Assembly (NCBI GenBank): GCA_964234715.1
Contig: OZ174284.1
DNA from: Podarcis melisellensis
Taxonomy: Eukaryota
DNA length: 64,000 nucleotides
Reading direction: 5' to 3' (one strand)
Shown here: in pieces, positions 25,682 through 39,943 of the stretch
How the letters are laid out: each line of letters begins with the position of its first letter
How positions within the stretch are numbered: position 1 is the stretch's first letter
Made by a program: the position numbers and the translations under genes
Notes under the pieces: model-generated
Seen by the model: only the letters and a program-made list of their open reading frames with translations
What the model was told of the DNA's origin: nothing
Database searches by the model: none

Positions 25682-27349
25682 TATTTATTTGTAAAACTTC
25701 CATCCCACTTTTCTTTCCTAAAATAAAATAAAATAAAATCAAAGACAGGTAACAATCCAAGTAATTAAAAGCAATCCAGAAGCACAGTAAAACAACAATA
25801 ACAATTAGCAATAAACCCAAACCTAAACCAGCAGACAGTAATAACAGCAATACCAGTAATCAAAAGCATAGCAAGGAGTTACAAATTACAGTACCCACCA
25901 TCAAAAGCTTCCTGTAATAGCCATGCTTTCACCAGGTGGTAATAGGAAAGGCAATCTGACGTTTGCTGTAATGAGTCCCAAAATGTGAATCAATAAGAAA
26001 CACATTCCAGATTACCAGCCTCCTTCCTCACAGTTTAAAAAGGACTCAAACACACTCTCCGAGAACTCTACTGTTGGTTCCCTAGGGTATCTATTTTGCT
26101 CCTCTATTTTGATTATGATACTGCAATTGTATTGGGTTTTTTTGTAATAAATCTCAATTGTTAATTACCTGGGGCATGCAGGTGAAAGTTCACATCTAGC
26201 TCAGTTATTGAAATATTGTTTCTGGGAATAATAGGCACTTCCACTCAGAAACCATTACTTTGAAAGATACCCTACAAGCTGAGTAGATTTTTAAAAGTTT
26301 CCTAGGAAACATTTGGTTGAAGCATAGAATGAAGGGTTGAGCCTATGCAAGAAGAGATTTGAAAATGTTAAGGCTCCTTAGCAAACTCAGAAAAATTGCC
26401 TATTACCTCTAAATAAATATCTTTGAGAGCCTGTTCACACTTGTTGACTATACTACTCCATCAGGTGATGATTTTAATATGTGAATAAGCCGCCACAGAT
26501 AGGGCACTCATATAAACTCAGATGCTATTATTTCCAGTAGTGTCAGAACGCATACTGAGCAGCAAGTTATTGCGTGCGGTATGACCAGTGAGGGCTTGGC
26601 TCATCATTAATTTTGGTGCCCCTTATTGTGTTGAGCATCACAACTCAAATATTACAAAGGTCCTTCGTGGAAATGCATCTGTATGTCTCTGTACTTTCTC
26701 AGTGGTATTGTGTAATGTTGAAAAATTGTTATTAGAGGAATCCTTCTCATAAGTCATTTTTAGTAGACTTGTAGTTCAGCGTAGTGTTAGAGACATAAAC
26801 AATGTAACAACACATTCGACTCGTTTGGGATCATCAAACCCTTCCTTACCCATGAAGCTGAGCTTAGATAAGCTGTTACATTGCACTTCTGATTCTTGCT
26901 GTATTGTGGCGTCATGAAGCTAGGTACACAGTGAAAAATGGTTCAGATAGTCTGTTGCCTGGGCAAGCAACAGTCTCCTCAGTGTGTAGTTTGACTACCA
27001 CTGCTTCTGCTGACCTCTTCCTTTCATCTTGTATGCCCTTCGGTCTGTTTCACATCTCTAGATGTATCACATTAGAATGACAGCTAATTGTGATGTCATA
27101 GTGTTTTTCTTTCTTTATCCACATTAGTATTTAGAAGTACCCCTTAGTAACCAGTGCTTAGCATACTAAGGCAATATTTTTATTTAGTGTGAAGTGGTTC
27201 TGTGGTCTTTATAGTTTATGTACATCCTGTTTGCATATTTTTAAAATTTTTGCTACATACGCTATATATTTTTTAAAAACCTCCGCATAATTTACTGCTT
27301 AGTATAATAGAAGGACAGGTATCGTGTAGAAGGGAGAATTACATTTTTA

Positions 27350-27620
27350 GCCTGTCAATTCTTTTAGACTTATGGGCTCAGTTTAAAATGCTGGGTTTGA
27401 TCTGTAAGGCATTTTGTATCTCAGGACCTCCGTACCTATTCCTATATGAACCTAATCAGACCTGGATCTGTGTGCTTTCTCTGAGGGATGTGTGGAGGGT
27501 GGCAGCATGAGAACAGGCCATCTCAGTGGTGGCTTCTCATTTGCAGAATGCTCTTCCCAGGGAAGCATGCCTGACACCATCATTGCTTGCTTGTTGGTGC
27601 CAAGCTAGATTTATTTACTC
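27350..27620 (+). mobile_element. L2-like LINE 3' fragment
   Basis: ggctcagtttaaaatgctgg...aggccatctcagtggtggct...agaatgctcttccc; similar to 59262-59590. Confidence 0.55.
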
Positions 27621-29821
27621 AGACCTTTGATTTTTACTTGGGAGGTTAGTGAGTTATGGGTTGTTTTACTTTTTAGTGCTCATCTTTAGGGGAAGGTTAA
27701 GATTTGCCCTTTTATAAACACAGTATTATTTTTTTTTTCTGTGTTGCTTTATGATACTTATCTCTGTGTAAAAAGCAATGGATAAATAAAATATAACCCA
27801 TGCATACAGTATGTATTTAACTTGTTTAGATCAACAATGTCCTGGGTTCCTTCAGGAGGAAGGATGGGATAAACATTGAATGAATAAATGGATATCTGCC
27901 TAATTTTTTGTTTCTGTCGCTGCTCCCTAATATGATGGTGTCTAGGTATCTGCTATTGACCCATTGTGATCCCTTACCCCACATTTTGGTTTTTGGATCA
28001 GTTGTAGGTAGTTTGAAGAGGAAGAACTTTCCTCAAGGTACTTGTCAGGATGTATTGAAAGTTGGTACCTGTTGTGCTTGCTGTTCATAGTCAGCCTTGT
28101 GAGATTCTCAATTTGTACCACATAATGCTGTTTGATTATCACTCACAGGGCAGAACATTTTAGAGCCATGAAACTGTTGCTGTCATAAATTCTGATTGTG
28201 GCACAATGTTGCTTGCTTTGCAAAACTTTGAATAGGGCTGGCAGGCTACAGTGTTTGCTACAGTTGTTGTATAGGAATCAAAACCTTTGGCCCCTAGACT
28301 ATTGGCCATGATGGTTGGGAGTAATAGGAGTTTGAGACCAACAATTTCTGGAAGGTTCCTCATCCCTAGTCTAATAGTTTCCAAAAAATAAAAATCATTG
28401 CACTGCTGGAGAGACTGCAGACAGTCATGTACCTGTTTTCATATGCAGGGGCCAACTATACAAATTAAGCAGATAAATAAATATGGGGAAAGCAAAATGT
28501 TACTTAGAGAAGGATCTGAAATACTTTCCTTGAAACTTGAATTTGTTTTATTCTGGGTTGTTTTATTTCATGTTTTGATGTGTTGTAAACAGCTTTGAGA
28601 TTTTTTTTTTCTTTAAAACAAAGCGGCATAGAAATGAATAATGATGATGACGATGATGGCGATGATAATGAATTCCACCACAAAAAAGATTCCTAGACAT
28701 TCCGTTGCGGCGACTGTAACCTAGGTTAAAGGTGCTATTTGGCGATTTGCTTACATATCTGAATTTTTAATACATCATGTTGTTGTCGGCATCTGTCTGT
28801 CTCAGGAGTGCCTTTGGGGTTGAAGTCAAACTGTTGGAAGGTTACAGCGCCTGCTGTGGCTGTAGAGACCAATATGGGTTAAAAGGAATGTAACTGGCAA
28901 CTACTGGCCATACACACTGTGGATGACTGTAAACAAAAAAAGAGATAATTCCAGTCATAAGGGAAGAACAAGTGTTTTAGAGAACAACATCGATACAATC
29001 AGTGCATTTTACTATACATTAGTTATTTGTTTATAATGTTACATATTGTTTTGTTTTTATAATAGAAGCAAATACATTAAAAAAAAAGTCTATCCCAGTT
29101 GCTGGGATTGATAAAAGAGGTTAGTGCAATGCACAGGCTACCAGGTGGGAGGAAGTCGAAGATAGTTGTCACTCTTAAGTTGTGGTGCTTGGAAATTAAA
29201 TGTCAAAATCTCTGATATAAGGCAAGGGTTAGGTCGCTTCATTTCTGGAAATGTTCCTTTTCTTTTTGCCAAGATTGTGGAGCTTTGTGCCCTATTCATT
29301 CTTGAAAGAAGCAGATGGCTCCAGATCCCAGGAGGTGGAGAAGCTGGAGCTATTATGGTGCTCGTAGACTGTGGAAAGCAGCAGCATCTGTCAGATTGGA
29401 GACTTGTTTGACAGCAGGGAAGCTGGCAGCAGTAGCAGATGAGTTCTGCCGGGCACAGTCGGTGGAGCTATAGTTCAGTAGAAAGTACATTTGTGTAGGT
29501 GGTGGAGGGTAATCCTAGTAATCACGCAAATGGGACTTTTATTCCTGAGGCTAATTGCTGCACTGGGGGAGTGATTTTTGGAAGTGACAGCTGGGGAGAG
29601 AAGGGTTAGCCTTCCCCAAGTGTCAGCACCCCTGAAAATTGTAAACAAGCTCTGTGGCAAACAGGCTCAAAAAAAAGCTCCTATTCATATGAATGGGATC
29701 TTTTTTCAAAACCAGAAATGGGGGGGGGGGAGAGATAAGTAGAGGCAAAGTTTAAATAACTGTGTATTGAGAGTGGAGGGCCCTCAGGCTGAAAAAGCTT
29801 TCCCACTCCTGCTCTAAGCGA

Positions 29822-31215
29822 CTTTTTTATAATGAATTTTTATTAATTTCCCAATATTTACCCAATATTACCACAGTTTTGCCAGTTATACAGATTTCAA
29901 TTAATATCAAGATAATTCTAATTATTTCCAAATTTATCCAATTTAATCAAAGTGGTTTCCTAAGCTCCTTGATCAGTGTTTTTTATCCAGTTCTTGTATT
30001 TCTGCAGTTCATATTTTTATTAACATCTAATTACATTTCAGTTGGTATATTAATTCTTAAGATAACAGCTGCATTTTTAGAGATTACTATTCATGTTAAT
30101 ACCTTATCTAACTTTCCATAGGATTTAAAATGAGCTGCTCTTACTATTTTCTTTTTCTCCGCATGTGTCAGTCTGAATATGTCCAATTATAAGGTCCTTA
30201 GCCTTTATCTGCTGTCCCATTCTTGAAATTCCTCCAATTGCTGTTATCTCTCAGCATAACTGGGATGGGGCTATTCCTGAGGAATTCTCAAAATATCTCA
30301 TTAGTTCCCTCCCATCGTGCTTTCATCTTGCTTGGTGTTTCTGGACAATAATATACTCCAACAGTCCACTCTTTCTCACTACTCAATCACCGTCTAGAAA
30401 TTTTCACAGCCCAAGAAAAAGGGATCCAGCTTCCCCTGTAGGGGATCTTGGAGTACTTTCATTTCAATTAATGACCATCAGAGTCTCCATGGCTCCAAAT
30501 TTCTTTCATCTTTAAGACTGCATTTTGGCCAAAGTCCACTTAAGTTGTATCTCTTCTCTGTTGTTTTTAGGGGGGGGGGGATAGAGATGGTATCCACTCT
30601 AATTTTCCAAGATAATCAATTCCAGTATTAGAGCTGTCCCAATCTCTTTAAACCACACACAGCTAACTGTTCTTTCAATCACTAGTTTTATTTCATACTG
30701 CAATCCAACTTCATTTTGTATCTTTAAAATTTTATGTCTAGAGAGGGTTGCCGAATCATTAATAAAGAAACTCAAAGTAAACAGGAAACTGGAGGCTCCC
30801 CTCTCCGCTATCTACCACCCACACTGAATAAAATCTCTTTCTCAGTTCCAAATCTCAGATCAATGTATCTGGGTAATTCCGCAGTTCTGATGACAACATC
30901 TTCTCTCAGAGCGTGCCTGACTTTAAAGCCAATTAAAAATCCAATTAGCAGAAGAACCTCTGCTTCTTAATGGGGACGTGGGAGGGTTTTCACCAGATGA
31001 ATTGCTTTTACACTCAGTGCCTCCCTGCCCTCTGCTTTCCATGCTGGAGCGAGAGCCAGGTACCAAGATGGACTGCGGGTTAATCCCGTTCCTCCCTTTC
31101 CTGGGAGGAATTTTCAAGAATCATTTACCCTCTACCACTCTTCTTTTTCTCCGCCTTCAATCCCCGCAATGTTGTGGGGGCTGCCTCCATTAAGGCAGAT
31201 TGGAACCGGAAACCT
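29822..31215 (-). mobile_element. Putative non-autonomous L1-derived element (~1.4 kb)
   Basis: The minus strand starts with a GC-rich 5'UTR-like GGTTTCCGGTTCC...ATGGAGG and ends AT-rich with AATAAA and an A-rich tail. There is a weak remnant resembling the ORF2 C-terminus; no intact ORF and no convincing TSD. Confidence 0.45.
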
Positions 31216-31271
31216 GCTAATGGACGTAGAGATGTAGTTGTTCTTACAATAATGTGAGCAAGGGATGAGGA

Positions 31272-31609
31272 CAAGGACACCAAATACTAGGAGCCCAGGT
31301 CACTCCAGCTCCTCCAATAAAACATTTGAGGGGGCAAGTTAATGGGCATTGAACCTTCATTGTGAAAGTGCATCAGAGGAACACAGCTGCTGCCTGGCAC
31401 TGGCTCACACGCTCCCCAGCTACACCCCCTCTCCTGCCTACCGCCACTCTGTTGCCAGGCTTGGGGGCAGGGACTGATGCCAAAGGAGGTAAATGGACTG
31501 TGTGTGCCTTGTCTTGTGATTAGGGAGGCTGCCAAGTCTAAGCTGCATAGGATCAGGGCGGGGCCATACCTACCCACCCCCCAATATTTTATGCAAGTTG
31601 GTGCCCCTG
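31272..31609. mobile_element. hAT-like MITE
   Basis: Termini CAAGGACACCAAAT / AGTTGGTGCCCCTG; degenerate 8-bp TSD GATGAGGA / GATGAGAC. Confidence 0.6.
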
Positions 31610-32026
31610 GATGAGACAAATAAAGTGCTAGGTAAACAAGCATACAAACAGTATTGTGAGAAGATAGTGTTTCAGAATGAATAATCATCCATGCGTTTGC
31701 AGTATTTACAAATATTATTAAATAATGCCCAGTTGAAAACTTTTAGGCATAGAGGGTGTTAGGCTATAGGGTTTGGGAATAGGAGAAGCTGTGAGCTGTG
31801 GACAACTGAGTAAGGTTGACACAGTTTCTGATATTGCCCTTGTTCATTTTACACCAGTAGTTGGAAAAGTGTGGTGTCAATTTTATTAAATAATCCTAGA
31901 CAAAAGAATTAAGCAAATGAAGCTGTGTGTTTGGGTGTCTGTAAAACAGTGGTAAAAGATTCACTTACATAAATTCTTTTTGTCTACAGCTGTTAGAAGT
32001 ACAGAAGCAGATGAATTTTTATGTGA

Positions 32027-32218
<192 letters not shown>

Positions 32219-34964
32219 TGACTGTTCACTGGTTTTATCTAGAACACTTTATAAGAGAGACATCGTGAAAATCACCTGCCACTTAAAAGTAACCTGTGAG
32301 AACTGAATGTGGCACCATTATATAATAAATCACAACAAATTATGGAAAAAGAATTTGCTTCAAATACCAGATTTTATGTTTACAGGTGTCAACCACAAGA
32401 CAAATATTTATTAATGCAGAGTTTAAAACCTGTTTCCTCTTGGAAAATAATTAGGACTTCTGCCAAAGTATGCTAAAAGTAGAACATAAAGGATCATGAT
32501 TTGTGTGGTTTCTGCCTTTCCTCATTTGAAGGAGTGAATTGAATTATAGTACCTGATTCCTCTATTAGTATAATTAGATGTAATCATAAGACATTTGGAG
32601 TGCCAGAGATTGGCAAGAGACTAAAATGGCAGACCAGTGAATGGAACTGGAACCAGAAAGGATAGCTATTGTTGAGCTGCAAAGCACTTTGCTGTATTTG
32701 CTGTAACAACATGCTTGCCCGTTGTTACATTCTTTTTACTGTCATATAAAAATCTTACTTGAAGAATCTTTTGTGTTAGCATATCCTTGTATAGTTCCTC
32801 TCATGTGAGTCAGCTCTAATGCTAGATACTTTTGGATGTGCATGCGTTGGAGCTTTTTCTTTGGATTTTGTGGAGCATATGAGACTGGTGCCTGCTTCCC
32901 ATACTGGTATTTCAACAACATGGAGTTGCTTCTGTTTATAATCTTGACATGACTAAATAAAACTACCTTCTAAGAAAGACATTGAATTCTGCTGAGTCAG
33001 CCTTCTATTTTTGGCCTCTCTTAACTTTCTGTAACATAGACAGGAATAGTCTTACTACTGCCGACTGCCTCTGACATAAGAGTGGGAAAATTAAAGAAGA
33101 GTACAAATATTAGTAGGTTGCTAGTATGGTCAAAAGTACAGTATGTACATTTCATAGGATGCTGTGGATCTAGATGATTAAAAACTGAGATGAAACATTG
33201 TGAATGAGACTTAAGACTTGCATGTCTTCCTGTAGTATAGATGCTGTACTTGGTTCTTTAAGAAAACAAAACAAAATTTTGCAGCTAAATTAATTCTGTG
33301 CAAGGAAGTAAGAATGGTACCCCTCCCACCACTAACTGCTGGAAAATTTACCAAGCCCCTCTCCTTCCTGTTTTTCTTCTCCACCTCTCTGAAGGTTGTT
33401 TTGTTTTGTTTTGTTTTTGTTTTTAAAACTTGCTTGGTTCCTGTCACAGTGAGTCAAAATTAGCCAGTACCAACTAAGTATGAAGAAAATGTGTGGGATC
33501 TTTGCTTCTTGACAACACACATTTATTTATTTGGTTTTCCTTTGTTGTCTGGAGTTCAGAATATTAATGGAGTTTGGAATATAGAGGTCTACCTGCCCTG
33601 TAGGAAGAGAAGCAGCAGCCGAGAGTGAGGTTTTGCCAGTTCCACATGCTTCTGCTCTCACCAGCCAAGCTGGGCCTAACCTCCCACTCCAACAGTGGTC
33701 ATCCATTTTATATGCGCTGTGAGATAGAGAAGCAGCAGCACCTCCTCTCACCATTGTTTTCACCAGCTAGGTTGCCCCCACCCTCAACAAAAATAACTTT
33801 TGGAACCAACTCTCTATGAGGAAGAGCAGCAGAATCTGTGGATGATGGTGTCAACTGGGCCCCTGTGAGCCAACTTGCCAAAGGCAGAGTAACAAGAAAC
33901 CAGAAAATTCCAGCTACATCCCAGAAAGCCAAAACTCTACCTACATTAAAGCTACTTCTAGGAAAGTCTGGCTACCAAACTGTTTCTCAGTGACCAAAGA
34001 GCTGACCATTATAATAACTTCACAATAGAAAAAAATGGTGCCTAAATTTGCTTATTTTTATCTTCCATCACCATTGCTTTTTCCTTTTATATCACGTCTT
34101 CTTAGACTGTAAACTTGTAGGTAGAGACCATATTGTTTTTATTGATCTGTAAGCAATTATGTGACCTTTCTTGACTGAAGAGCAGGGTATAAATATGTTG
34201 AAATAAATGAATGAATGATCACAATGAAGTGGACATTAAAGCATGGTATAGCAATATCTTCGCTAAAAGCTGATGAATTATTGTTATACAAAGATACTTT
34301 CTTATGAATGGAATTGTAGCTTATTCTGTAAACAGAAAAATGAATTATATGCTGAATAGAAAGCAATTTGGAATGCTTCTGATTACTGTACAACTATTTT
34401 GTGAATATACTATTTTAGAATTTTTCTTTGAGAAATTGGCATATGCAAGTCTATTTCTCAGTTACTATGACTTTGTTTTCTGCTTCTATCCTGAAATTTT
34501 CCAAGACAGATATTTTTGCTGTTAGAAAGGAGTAGATATTGCTCTTGTTATCAGTAAGGAATTCACTACCTTGAGTCAAGAACAGTTTAAACTTTTTTTT
34601 CAGGGAGGTGGCTACTAAACATGCTGTTATCTATTCACTACTTGTTTGTTATTGGGTGAATCAGTTTGACTTGTGTGGAGAGCCAGACATGCTTACTTCA
34701 AACTGACAGTTGCTTCTAATTGGACCTTCACGGCAATCACAAAAAAGCTGTAAAATAATTTTTTGAGGAAGAGATGGTGTCAGTAAGATTGATCTGGTGA
34801 GAGGAGAGATTGCTTAACAAAACATTTGGCATCATTTTTTGATGCCATCCTTATAAGAACAATTCTCTTCAGACTGAAGCGTACACAACATTACCCTGGA
34901 ATGTACAGTAACAAGCCAACTTCATAACCCATGTTTTCAGTTGGCATGTTTTGAAACTGACGAG

Positions 34965-35160
34965 CAGAGCTTTCCAAACTGTATGTCGCGACACGTTAGT
35001 TTGTCGGCTGCAGTGTGTAGGTGTGTCGCACAAACTCTCCCTGCACTCTTCCTGGGGCTGGAAGGGGTTAGTTTAACCTTTGGTTAAACTGAATTACTGT
35101 GTCGCAGAATGATGCATTTCCAAAAAGTGTGTCACCAACTTGAAAACTTGGAAAACTCTG
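34965..35160. mobile_element. hAT MITE, inverted second copy of the 20002 family
   Basis: CAGAGCTTTCCAAAC...TTGGAAAACTCTG; the body is the reverse complement of 20002-20207. Confidence 0.85.
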
Positions 35161-36078
35161 CACTAGATTATATTATAAGCCACAGTCCCTGTTCTTGAGA
35201 ATACCACCAGCCCAAGATTCATTGAAAGCAAAAGCAAATGTCTTCATGCCGTGTAGGAAGAGGAGTGGGGGGAACACGAGACCAGGGCTTGCTTGGGAGT
35301 TTACCAGCTTGTACATGCCATCGTAAACCATCCTTCCCTGCTGTTTGGAACTGAATTGGGAATTGGGAGTCTAAAACATCTGGAGGGCACCAAGTTGGAA
35401 GGCTGCAATAAACAGTGTTTTCATGTTATGTATGAATGTGGCCCATATGCTTTGAATTGCAGCTGGGATAAATGCTTGCCTTAGAGAACTACACAGAATT
35501 GTTTTAGCCTTCTTTAAGCTTCTTTTTATGCGGCTCAGAGCTTGCAATGTGGAACACTGACATACCCCTTGCAGCAAAGGAAACCGAGCCAAAATCAGAG
35601 AGAGAAGTTTTTTCCTTGTTAGTCTCATGCTGACTGTTATAACTTTTCCAGCAGATTGCAGCAGGAGGAGGATATGGTTATAGCACATATTTAAGATTAT
35701 TTCAAATTAGCATGCTTTTATTTACCACTATGGGAGTCACTTGGAGGTTGTAAGGAATTGTGGGGACTGGATCCATTAATGGTTTTCTGAAAACATACTA
35801 TCTTGACGAAGCAGCTGAAATTTGACACCCTCCCCCTAAAAAAAGATAGTTAAAAGAATGTAAGGTGCAGCAGGATCACATGTCTGAAGCTTGAACTGAA
35901 AGTATACCCCGAGGAAGAATGCCCCTAAACAAGTAGATTTTTAATCAAAATTTATTGGTGAGCATGGAATCAATCTGTTAAAGAGCCTCTGTATTGATTT
36001 AAGAATTTTGAAAAAAGTGTTTGTAGCATGTTCTTTAGCTGAACAACTTCATGTTACAAGGGGAGATAAGTAGGCATA

Positions 36079-36303
36079 CAGTGATACCTCAGGTTACAGA
36101 CGTACGCATTTTCGGGTTGTGCAGCACGCCAAACCTGGAAGTACTGGAATGGGTTACTTTTGGGTTTTGTTGCTCACACATGCGCAGAAGCACTAAATCA
36201 CGCTTTGCGCAGAAGTGCTGAATCGCAACCCGCGCAGATGCAGCGCTGCGGGTTGCGAACGTGCCTCCTGCGCGGATCACGTTTGCTACCCGAGGTTCCA
36301 CTG
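36079..36303. mobile_element. Tc1/mariner (Tigger/pogo-like) MITE, CpG-rich
   Basis: TA|CAGTGATACCTCAGGT ... ACCCGAGGTTCCACTG|TA; same TIR type as 51620. Confidence 0.8.
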
Positions 36304-36565
36304 TATTCCTAGGAATGTGAGTTTGCTAAGGCTTTTGAGTACATGATTACAGTGTGCTTGCAGGCACCCATCTCTCCTTCAGACGTTAGTGGTTACTACA
36401 CTGTGAGCACCTTTTTCATATTACGAAAAAAATATCTATAATTGGAGATGAAGAAGCAGACATAACTCTTTTGCTAGCAGTGTGGTTTAAAATCACTTCA
36501 TGCTGGGTTTGGAGTTGGTGGCTGTGTTCAGAATATTCTTTACCTTTTGTTTTCTTCTCTTTTAG

Positions 36566-36615
36566 ATTGTTTACTAAACGAAGAGAATTTCTCAGTGAGG
36601 TGCCCCAAGCACAAG
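36566..36615 (+). CDS. TCF20: TCF20 coding exon (50 nt): (D)CLLNEENFSVRCPKHK
   Basis: Acceptor ttttag| and donor AAG|gtaag. Phase 1 in, phase 0 out; completes the PHD (CPKH). Confidence 0.96.
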
Positions 36616-36733
36616 GTAAGAAAGTTGCTATCAATTTGCTGCCATTTGCTATATAGGTCTCATCATAGTTTATTTTTAGACATTTTGTGTCTGGGCAATG
36701 CTTTCTAAATATACTCTTTGGCATCTCTATTTT

Positions 36734-36757
36734 TGTGTGTGTGTGTGTGTGTGTGTG
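36734..36757. repeat. (TG)n microsatellite
   Basis: Read directly. Confidence 0.9.
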
Positions 36758-36811
36758 TTTCCATTTCCTGTGGGATGGCATGGTCAGAAAATATGAGTCT
36801 TCATATTTTCT

Positions 36812-36879
36812 TTATTCTGTGGAATTATTCTGTGGATTCTGTTCATTATTCTGTGGAATTATTCTGTGGATTCTGTTCA
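36812..36879. repeat. 34-bp tandem duplication (2 copies)
   Basis: TTATTCTGTGGAATTATTCTGTGGATTCTGTTCA at 36812 and 36846. Confidence 0.9.
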
Positions 36880-38214
36880 TTCTATGAAAGATAGCTTCAT
36901 TGCATAGCTTTTGTACTGATTTTTTTTCTTTGGCTGTAGCTGTTCAGTGAATGTTCTGTTAAAAGTTGTTGTCTGCAAATAGTCTGAGAAAAAGAAGTTT
37001 CGAAATGGTTGGGAAGCTGATTGGAAACTTCCTTTCATCAATTGGTCTGTTGAAGATGGGTTGGCATTATTTGCTGTGCTGGACACAATTGGCCAGCTAA
37101 TTCTTGTCTACTTGTTCAACCTCTGGTTATATTGTTAAAGCACCAATTTGTAAAATAACCATAATGTACTTTTCTGTGTATAGCTAGGCAATATAAAGTT
37201 GGATGATAATTTATAACATGCAGACATGGTTGAGCCTCTGCTTGTTGAATGATGCTTTATGATGTGTAAAGGTGTATTTGGGATACCCCCTTGTTTCTCT
37301 ATTCAAAAACAGTACAGAACAAGGAATGTGGAGCTGTCTGAAGATCAGCCACCTATCTCTGTGAAAGAAAGCTATAAAATACTTTGAGCAGCCAAAGTAG
37401 AAGGCTGCTTTGTTAAATAGTTATATTAGAAATACAGATATTTTCAAGTTCACAGGTCATGTTGGATTAAGACTTCTGGAAACTGCCAAACCTCAGATAG
37501 CTGAATAAAAACTGCACATCATATTATGTCTTCACTATATTGGATAGTGTTGACCATTTGCAAAAAAACCCCATGTTTTTGTTCACTAAATGTACCAAAT
37601 TGATTATTATAGAACAAGATCAGTCTTTAAGGAGCAAAAATTACCAGAGTTCAGGAGAGAATACCAACATAAACAAACAGAGGCATCATTGCTAATTTAT
37701 GTGAGAAATAAGCATTCAGCTACCAAATTGTTGATTTTAGTAATTAAAGCCTTTTGTTGTTGTTGCTGCATATATTTGTTCTAATATTTATACTCTGCCT
37801 TTTGATTCATGAATCCATCAGCAGCTTATAAAACTGGTAAGAACCACAGTGCAGGTTAAGAACAATACAGTATCACAATACCAAAAAATAGCAATACCAA
37901 ACAAACAAACAAACAACAGGATATGGCTCTTCCCTTGATAAATATGTCACTGACAGTCACTCCTCTGATCCAAATGTTCTTTTGTGTATCAGAAGTTGGG
38001 CATATGCTGTGGAATTGCATTGAACTTTCTGTGAACCATGTTTGCCTTGTCTGTATGGTACTGATAAATGGGTCCAGGAACCTTTTTGGAATGAATAAAT
38101 ATTATTTCCTCATTTCTAAATTTTTCAGATAAGTTTATGTACACTCTGTACTTTAAAAAGCAAAGGTGTGCCATGAGAAACTAAATTCTGCAACCTGTAG
38201 TACTGGGCAAATCT

Positions 38215-38304
38215 CAGAATTGTAGAGTTGGAAGGGATCACAGGGTCATCTAGTCCAACCCCCTGCAGTGCAGGAATCATTTGCCCAGTATGGGGCTCGA
38301 ACCC
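38215..38304 (-). mobile_element. Partial copy of the tRNA/CR1-tail SINE
   Basis: agaattgtagagttggaaggg...ggtcatctagtccaaccc...ggggctcgaaccc matches the 62081 copy. Confidence 0.75.
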
Positions 38305-39159
38305 AATTATTCAGGGTCCTGAAACTTCACCCCCCAATCTCCTGTAGACTCTTTCTAACATTGGAGAATCGACCAGGCATTGTGGGTGCACACACTGTTC
38401 AAGTTGATCTGCATAACCATAAAGCCTAGGAGATGGTTTACTAAAAATAAAATTAAGCATGTGACTCTCAAGGTACTGAACACAGTATATCTATTTTTGC
38501 TATTTTTCTGCGATTCTGGAATATGTGCAACATTGTTTAGAAACTGTGTTGTGTTTCAATGGAAGACAAAGACTTCCACTCTCTAAGAAGTGACCCATCT
38601 ATTAAAAAGTGGTTGTTTTAGAATTAATTGAGATATAGCAAGAAGTAACGCTTTTAAATTGGAAAGGAGAGTACTTCTAGATATGTTACTTGTTTTGTAG
38701 TATTAACACCTCTTTTCTGTTGTAAGTTGATTCTTTTAGCTAAGATAATGAAAACCAGATATAATCTGTTTCAACATCCACAAGGTGAAAAAAGCTTAAG
38801 TTTGACATTTCTGATCAATGGTTAAAAACATCTGACATCAGGGAGCAAAAATCTTTCACAAAATGTCAGTTCAGAACACTTAAGGAAGAAGCTGTAAAAA
38901 CCTTCTTGTTGCTCAGCTGGAAAGCTTTGTGATTATGGAGCACAGCTCAACTTTCTTGCTAAACTGCTTATTTCTTTTCTCCCAGAAGTTCCAAATGCTG
39001 TCGTGCAGAAATCCTGTCTGAAAGATCCGTGTTTGGTTCTCGTACTGATGCTCCTTTCTCTCTTTCATTCTCCACATGCTCCATCTTCTTTCTCATCTGC
39101 CTCTCTCCTTTTTATCTTCTCTTTCCCCCTCACCTTCTTCTTGGCATACTGGACATTAG

Positions 39160-39243
39160 CCCCTCCTCCCTTGCTCTCTTCCCTCCTTGCAGAACAAGAT
39201 GGTGAAGGGCAGCCTCAGCACAGAGCAGTCGGAGCGGGGGTGA
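39160..39243 (+). CDS. TCF20: TCF20 alternative last coding exon: [27 protein letters not shown] (exon continues to donor after 39287)
   Basis: Acceptor cattag| at 39159, TGA at 39241-39243, donor cag|gtgagt after 39287. The peptide matches the long-isoform TCF20 C-terminus (...[12 protein letters not shown]). A second in-frame acceptor lies at 39192. Confidence 0.9.
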   Translation, partial: [27 protein letters not shown]

Positions 39244-39712
39244 GGGGGGAAGTGTGTTCGTGGGAATGAAAATAAAAGCAAGCACAGGTGAGTTGAGGGA
39301 AGGATGCCACTTTCTCTCCAGCCCGAGGGAGAAATAGGTGGTGAGATTGCTATGCAGAGATTTTAACTTTGACTCCTATTTACTTGTATTTTGATACTAA
39401 GCTTGCCACTTCACCAATGAAGGGCAGAACTGGGGAGAAGCCCTTTTCTGCTGTATCCTAATGGACTTCCCATGTATCACCTGTTTGTCTATTTATGTAA
39501 ACACAGAAGCTTGGGTGAGGGAGATCAATGTTTTATATATCATCATTTGATGGGTAACTCTCATATTTCACTTAAATTCCCATTTTCTGAGCTCCAGTAA
39601 GTCAAGATCAGTAGCCTGCCTGACAGCCTGGTACAAGTGCCTAGAGGAAAAGGCAGTGATTAGCTCTGCATAGCATCATAAGCATAACATACTTTCAGTG
39701 TTCTGGAAAAAG

Positions 39713-39714
<2 letters not shown>

Positions 39715-39749
<35 letters not shown>
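39715..39749. repeat. (GA)n microsatellite
   Basis: Read directly. Confidence 0.93.
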
Positions 39750-39751
<2 letters not shown>

Positions 39752-39943
39752 TGCTGTCTTTCTGAGCTCAGCAGAAGCAATCAGAACACTCTGAGGGACA
39801 CAGACTCAGATAGTCTAATGATGGTTTTTCTTTGCCCTCCCAGTCCATGCCAGATATACACTGGGATGAAGTTCCAGGGCTGATCCTTCTATCCTTTTGG
39901 CTGAGAAATCCACAGGAAGCCTGGAACAGACTTACATGTGACT

